Positions 59,301 through 64,000 of a stretch of DNA of 64,000 nucleotides are shown here, piece after piece. The stretch lies in the NCBI GenBank assembly GCA_963796055.1, contig CAWCKH010000004.1, positions 1,536,001 to 1,600,000 of the forward strand, written 5' to 3'. The DNA is from an uncultured delta proteobacterium (GTDB lineage Bacteria; Myxococcota; Myxococcia; Myxococcales; Myxococcaceae). The notes under the pieces are model-generated. The model did not search any database, was not told the origin of the DNA, and worked only from the letters and a program-made list of their open reading frames with translations. The position numbers and the translations under genes were made by a program. Position 1 is the stretch's first letter. Each line of letters opens with the position of its first letter.

Positions 59301-62300
59301 GGGCTGCTGGCCGGGCAGATCCTCGAGGCGCTGGCGGAGCTCGAGCTCTCCGCCGGCAACCGGCCCGAGGCCGCCACCCTGCTCGCGCGCCAGGCCGCGC
59401 TCGTCGGCGACCCGCTGGCGGCCGCCCGGCTCTTCCTCCGCGCCGCCGAGCTGGCGAGGGGAGAGGCCCGCGAGGGTGGGCTCCTCGAGGACGCCGTCCG
59501 GCTGGACCCGGCGCTCACCCCGGCGCGCATCCGCCGCGCCGAGCTGCACGCCGACCGTGAGCCGCGCCGGGCGCTCGAGGACCTGGAGGCGGCGCTGTCG
59601 CTGGCCCGCGCCAATCCCGCCGTCGTCCCGCCCACCGAGCGCAAGCGCCTGGAGCGCATGGCGGCCGAGAGCGCGGTCCGTGCCGGGGACGCCGAGGCCG
59701 CGCGCCGGCATCTGGCGGCGTACGCCGACGCCGCGCCCGACGACGTCGACGCCCTCCTCCAGCTCGCCGGGCTACACCGGAACGCCGGGGCGGTCGAGGC
59801 GCTGGCGGCGCTCCTCTCCGGGCTCTGGCCGCGTCTGTCCGGAGAGCAGGCGCGGGTGGCCTGCAAGGAGCTGGTGGAGCTGTCGCTCGAGCTGCACCGC
59901 CCCAGCGAGGCGCTCGATGCCCTCCGGCGGCTGGTCGAGCTGTCGCCCGAGGATCCGTGGGCGCTGGAGACGCTGGTTTCCCTGCTGCCGCCGGCGGTGC
60001 CGGGGAGCGACACCGAGGCGCTGGCGCTCCGGACCCGGCTGGTGGAGCTCACCTCCGGCGCCGCCCGCGCCCACCACCGGGTGGAGCGGGCCCGGCTCCT
60101 CCGCGCCCGGGGCGATCGCACCGCCGCGCGCGAGGAGCTCACCCGCGCCGCCGGAGAGTCGACCGAGCCCGCGTTGCTCTGGCGCGAGGTGGCGCTGCTC
60201 GCCCAGGCCTCGGACGACGCCCCCGGCGAGATCGCGGCGTGGCAGCGGGCGCTGGAGCACGATGCATCGGTGGCCGCGGAGGCCACACCCCGTCTGCTGG
60301 CCCTCGGCCGAGCCCTGCAAGAGAGCCGACCGGACCTGGCCGAGGGCGCGCTCCGCGAGACCACCCGGCGGGGGGCCACCGCCGAGGCCGTGGAGGCCTG
60401 GCGGGCGCTGGCCCGCATCGAGCGCCGCCGGGGCCAGATGGACGCCGCCTCGGAGGCGCTGCTCCAGGCCGCCGAGCGCGCCCCCGAGCCGCTCCGGGCC
60501 GACGTGCTGCTCGAGCGGGCCGAGCTCGCCGAGGAGCGCGGGGACTCGGCCGCCGCCGCGGACAGCTACCGGCGGGTCCTGAAGCTCTCGCCGCGTCACC
60601 CGCGCGCGCTACCCCGGCTCCGGGCGCTGCTGGAGCACGCGGCGGACTGGCCCTCGGTGGCCGAGCTGCTGGAGCTCGAGGCCGAGCGCGCTCCGCGTGA
60701 GCGGGCGGCGGCGCTCTTCTCCGAGCTGGGGATCCTGCTCGATGCACGCCTGGGCCGCGCCGAGGCGGCGGAGGCGGCGTTCCGGCGGGCCATCCAGCTC
60801 GACGCCGACGCGCCGAAGCCTCTCGAGCAGCTGGTGTCGGTGCAGCTCCGCCGGGGTGCCTGGAGCGACGCCACACCGTTCCTGCACCGCGTCCCGGGGC
60901 TGCTCGCGCCCGAGCGGGCCGCGGCCCTCCTCCGGCAGGCGGCGCAGCTCGCGGCCGCCGCGCTCGACGGCGCCGCCGCGCTGGCGCTCCGGCGCCAGGC
61001 GCACGCGCTGGTTCCCGCCACCGGCGACGAGCTGGCCGAGCTCGCGCTGTCGCTCTACGCCGGCGGTTCGCGGGCCGAGGCGCTCCCCCTCTTCGCCGCC
61101 GTCGTCGCCGGTCTCGACCAGGGGAGTCGTCCGGCGCGCGAGGCCGAGGTGGTGCTGGCCCACGCGGACCTCCTGGTCGAGGCGGGGGAGCTGCCACAGG
61201 CGGAGGCCATCCTCCGGCGCCTCGCCGAGCGCCCCGACGCCCCGGCCGCCGCGGTGGAGCGCCTTTCCGAGCTGCTTGCCCGCACCGACCCGCGCCAGGC
61301 CATCGAGCTGCTTGCCCAGCACCAGCTCCGCCAGCCTCCGTCCGAGGCCGTCGGGCGCGCCCTCCTGAAGCTCGGCGAGCGGGTCCGGACCGAGCTGGCC
61401 GATCCCGAGCTGACGGAGCGGCTGCTCCTCGGGGCCGCTGCGGCGCTCCCCGACCCGCTGCCGGCGCACCAGGCTCGCGCCGCGCTGCACCGGGAGACCG
61501 GGCGCAGCGGCGCGCTCCTCGCCGCACTGCAGGCCACCGCCGACGCCGCGCTCCTGGGCGGAGACCTCGCGCTCGCCGCGCGGTCGCTCGAGGAGATCGC
61601 GGAGGTCGCCTCCCGTTCGGACCGGGCGGACGAGGCGCTCGAGGCGCTGGCCCGCCTCCGTGGCACGCTGGAGAGCGCCGGCCGGAAGGCGGAGGCGGCC
61701 GCGGTGGAGCGTCGCCGCGCGGCGCTCTTCCTCGAGGGGCGCGGCGATGCCACGGCGGCGAGCGCGGCCCTCGCCCGTGCCTTCGAGCTCGCTCCGGACG
61801 TGGAGACTGCCGCCCAGCTCGCCGACCTCGCCGCACGGCGCGGGGACACCCGGTCGCGGGCGGGATGGCTGCAGCGCAGCGTCCCGCTGCTGTCCACCGG
61901 TGAGGCGCGCGCCTCCGCCCTGGTCCAGATTGCCGAGCTGCACGCCGGTCCGCTCGGCGACGAGACCGAGGCCGAGTCGCTGGTGCGCGACGCGCTGGCC
62001 GAGGTCCCGGGCCACCCTGCCGCGGAGGCGCTGCTGGTGCAGCTGCTCGAGCGGTCGGACCGCGGCGCCGACCTCGCCGCCTACTACGTCGCCGCAGCCC
62101 GGAGCCGCACCGAGGGGGCCGCCCGGGCCAACCTGCTAAGCCGCGCCGCCGGCCTCTACCGCGCGCTGGGCAAGGCCGAACAGGCGCTGGACGCGCTCTC
62201 CGCCGCGCACGGGTTCGCGCCGGCGGACCTCTCCATCACCGCCGAGCTCGCGGGGCTGCTGGTCTCCCGCGGACAGGACGCGGACGCGGCGCCCTTCGAC

Positions 62301-64000
62301 GCGCTCCTCCTCCAGGCCGACCCCTTTCATCCCGCGTACGAGCGACACGCCGCGCGGCTGCAGGCAGCCGGCGACAGCGTGGCGCTCGGTCGCCTCGAGG
62401 CCGCCCGGGCGGAGCGGCAGGTGGGCGCGGAGGCCGCCCGGAGCTGGCTGCGCGCCGCCGAGGCGCTGCGCGCCGGGGGGCGGGACGACGATGCATGCGC
62501 CGCCGAGGATCGGGCGTTCGACCAGGCGCCGGAGCTGGACGCGGCCTTCGCCGCGCGCCGCGCCCGGGTGGAGAGCGACGTACGGGCGCTGGCCGAGCTC
62601 CTGGCCCAGCGTGCCCGGGCGGTGTCCACCGAGGCGCCCGCACTGCTGGCGGAGCGTGCCGAGCTGCTCAGCCGCGCCGGGGAGGCGCTGCTCGCCGCCG
62701 AGGCCTGGGACGAGCTGCTCGCAGTCCGGCCCGAAGAGGTGAAGGCGCTGCTCGCCCGGGGTGACCTCGCGGCGGCCGCCGGTGGACCCACGGCCGCGCA
62801 GCCCTACGACCGGCGGGCCCTGCAGCTCGCCCCGGACCTGCCGACGGCCCAGCGCACCCGGCTCCTGCTGCGTCTGGGCAACGCCGCGCTCGCGGCGGGT
62901 GCGCTGCACGACTCCGCCGATGCGCTCGAGGCGGTGGTGGCGGTGGACCCCGACGGGGAGCGCGGCCGCGAGGCGCTGTCCCTGCTGGCCGAGGTGCACG
63001 GAAGGCTTCACGACGCGCCCGGGCTGTTCCGCACCTCGATCCGGCTGGCGCGGACCGCGCGTCCCGAGGAGGCCGAGGCGCTCTACCGGCGTGCTGCCGC
63101 GCTGGTGGAGGATCCGGCCGAGGCGCTGGAGGCCCTGCTGCCGCTCGCCGAGCTGCGCCCGGCGGAGTCCTCGGTCGTCGACCGGGCGGTCTCCGGCCTT
63201 CGCGCCGTCTCCCGTCACCAGGATCTGGTGCTGTTGCTCGAGCGCGCCGCCCAGGCCTCCGGAGGCCCGCGTGCCGCCGAGCTCCTGGTGCAGGCCGCCC
63301 AGTTGGCGACCGAAGTCTTCCAGGACGAGGAGCGCGCCCGCTTGCTGGTCGAGCGCGCCCACCAGGCGGACCCGGGGAACCTGGCCGCCCTCCGCGGACT
63401 CGCCCGGAGCTACCGCCAGCGCGGCGAGGTCGAGCCTCTGGTGCCCGTGCTCCGCGGGCTCGTGGCCGGGGCGCCGCAGGGCGAGGAGGCGGCCCAGCTG
63501 AAGCTCGAGCTGGCGCGGCTGCTCCTCCAGAGCGGCGAGACCGACGAGGCCCGAGCGTTGCTCGAGCCACTCGCCGCCGGAGGTCGCTCGGGCCCGGGTT
63601 ACTCCGAGGCGCTCGAGCTGCTGGTGCCCCTCCTCCAGGGCGCCGACGACGCCCTCGCCCGTTCCACGGTGCTCGCCGCCAGGGCCGAGATGGCGCAGGG
63701 GTCCGAGCGGGCCCGGCTGCTCCACGAGGCCGCCCGCGCCGCGCAGCAGGCCGGCGACGAGGCTCGCGCCGCCCGGCTCGCCCGGGCGTCGGTGGCCACC
63801 GAGGCCAGCCAGGATGCACTGCTGCTCCTGGCCAGCCTGATGCGCGACGCGAGCGAGCTCGCCAAGGCCGCCGCCTCGCTCACCCAGGCCGCGCAGCTGG
63901 CCTCACCCGAGGACCGGCCGAAGCTTCTCCTCGAGGCCGCCGAGGCCTGGGAAGGGGCAGGGGACCCGGCCGAGGCGCAGGAGCTGCTCGAGCGCGTGGC
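56358..64000 (+). CDS. Giant TPR-repeat protein (>2500 aa), runs off the window end
   Basis: ATG 56358 (MASEDTSGG...ELRLLDRRAFVGFPP...LQIPDVSFPF). The same frame is still open at the window end, so it is missing from the ORF track. Recurrent A...Y...L...P TPR-like helices from about 57100. Confidence 0.88.
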   Translation, partial: MASEDTSGGSAPPAPEGRVAGPELRLLDRRAFVGFPPVELRPGITVVDFGLQIPDVSFPFDVGSGVQRYQRRKLHFGFLEVAVDAELIRRSVQETTASALEISDVALHFRQGWLEGEARLKGPSPAGTTFKVAFDADGERLAVYLYDVRMYGYSPVPAATVPLVLSRAVQGTAALPDVELRGANGFSARVLPQLVTLAAVSRGFRMPSLDGARLAGVEVSPLGLRLRFAAGALPPPALLDEELLLTLEGARAFAEAEALVAAGKLGEAREAYLRGAGAEEAHPFALERLLALLVADPAAHEYALDVVETLARRRPGSAAPLWAEAIVRERRGEPARSAERWLALMELARKRGDEASAFSAAQAAARVAEGQAPQMAVKALHAVLGIRPDHLPALRSLARAADQAQDRAGALRAYRRLSALARDPLESAEAHVQLARLSALSEDDVAGARLHCEAALRLAPDLPPALELLGELCARAGEPLRALRAFDRLRDVALGRHDLGLVGRANLRAGEVWEKGLGQLDNALLRYREAVSLLPGDVVALVAQARAAEELGRVAEAVTGYQQGVELAGPSPTDAGVRRAAHAAHHALAALATSRFGDQVQAREHWEAALALVPDDAKALEALVPAWRAAGDPAALARALERAAPTVPDPVRRAAFLAEAGELQRTRLAAPEKAESLLGRAIDADPKNRAALEGLVAIGEARRDGPLLVRCLSTLSELARDGADRAKFLRRLAVAAKDLASDLEIAARALADVLRIEPEDLLAWGELCALQRRRADMPGLAAALAARARVAETQSDPRLAAACLRELAQVEEARLGRFGEALVALEKAARLDPRPEVLLELADLSLRCERPEHARRALEDVLVTLPRTGSPEKLAEVRAKLGQACEMTGDLAAAAAHYAEALPYRRGDDALAARLEGLYEKLGRSRELAEVWALRARQLLAEGRTEAAAPLLFKGARALLDAGQRDAAHRQLYAALEVAPRGLLAGQILEALAELELSAGNRPEAATLLARQAALVGDPLAAARLFLRAAELARGEAREGGLLEDAVRLDPALTPARIRRAELHADREPRRALEDLEAALSLARANPAVVPPTERKRLERMAAESAVRAGDAEAARRHLAAYADAAPDDVDALLQLAGLHRNAGAVEALAALLSGLWPRLSGEQARVACKELVELSLELHRPSEALDALRRLVELSPEDPWALETLVSLLPPAVPGSDTEALALRTRLVELTSGAARAHHRVERARLLRARGDRTAAREELTRAAGESTEPALLWREVALLAQASDDAPGEIAAWQRALEHDASVAAEATPRLLALGRALQESRPDLAEGALRETTRRGATAEAVEAWRALARIERRRGQMDAASEALLQAAERAPEPLRADVLLERAELAEERGDSAAAADSYRRVLKLSPRHPRALPRLRALLEHAADWPSVAELLELEAERAPRERAAALFSELGILLDARLGRAEAAEAAFRRAIQLDADAPKPLEQLVSVQLRRGAWSDATPFLHRVPGLLAPERAAALLRQAAQLAAAALDGAAALALRRQAHALVPATGDELAELALSLYAGGSRAEALPLFAAVVAGLDQGSRPAREAEVVLAHADLLVEAGELPQAEAILRRLAERPDAPAAAVERLSELLARTDPRQAIELLAQHQLRQPPSEAVGRALLKLGERVRTELADPELTERLLLGAAAALPDPLPAHQARAALHRETGRSGALLAALQATADAALLGGDLALAARSLEEIAEVASRSDRADEALEALARLRGTLESAGRKAEAAAVERRRAALFLEGRGDATAASAALARAFELAPDVETAAQLADLAARRGDTRSRAGWLQRSVPLLSTGEARASALVQIAELHAGPLGDETEAESLVRDALAEVPGHPAAEALLVQLLERSDRGADLAAYYVAAARSRTEGAARANLLSRAAGLYRALGKAEQALDALSAAHGFAPADLSITAELAGLLVSRGQDADAAPFDALLLQADPFHPAYERHAARLQAAGDSVALGRLEAARAERQVGAEAARSWLRAAEALRAGGRDDDACAAEDRAFDQAPELDAAFAARRARVESDVRALAELLAQRARAVSTEAPALLAERAELLSRAGEALLAAEAWDELLAVRPEEVKALLARGDLAAAAGGPTAAQPYDRRALQLAPDLPTAQRTRLLLRLGNAALAAGALHDSADALEAVVAVDPDGERGREALSLLAEVHGRLHDAPGLFRTSIRLARTARPEEAEALYRRAAALVEDPAEALEALLPLAELRPAESSVVDRAVSGLRAVSRHQDLVLLLERAAQASGGPRAAELLVQAAQLATEVFQDEERARLLVERAHQADPGNLAALRGLARSYRQRGEVEPLVPVLRGLVAGAPQGEEAAQLKLELARLLLQSGETDEARALLEPLAAGGRSGPGYSEALELLVPLLQGADDALARSTVLAARAEMAQGSERARLLHEAARAAQQAGDEARAARLARASVATEASQDALLLLASLMRDASELAKAAASLTQAAQLASPEDRPKLLLEAAEAWEGAGDPAEAQELLERV

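Overview
GC-rich bacterial chromosomal segment with a myxobacterial (Myxococcota-like) gene complement: two Ser/Thr kinases, an FHA-domain sigma54 activator, a giant TPR protein and a deltaproteobacterial-type chemoreceptor tip. The taxon is inferred from gene content only. The window holds about 50 CDSs, including housekeeping genes (ahcY, uppP, manC, PMM/PGM, purEK, malQ, argCB, astA), envelope genes (tamA-tamB followed by exbB-exbD-tonB, an MltF-like transglycosylase) and stress/detox genes (GST, YcaQ and MPG glycosylases, FMO-PhzF-VOC-GNAT). I recognised no rRNA, tRNA, transposase/integrase or CRISPR-Cas. Best candidates for undescribed biology: (1) a chemoreceptor with almost no periplasmic sensor but a C-terminal, apparently cytoplasmic family-5 solute-binding domain, downstream of a lone astA; (2) a TAM locus followed by a TonB-ExbBD motor with no TonB-dependent receptor nearby; (3) two TRACC-N18-GGTYR boxes that may be the operator of an ABATE/CGNR regulator; (4) an ECF/anti-sigma pair with a divergent RlmN paralogue; (5) a GH5-fold protein lacking both catalytic glutamates; (6) a tandem 65-bp hairpin repeat. 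There is also a frameshifted ABC permease, a collapsed cardiolipin-synthase pseudogene and a probable CTG-initiated AraC gene. All family calls come from reading motifs by eye; no database searches were run.
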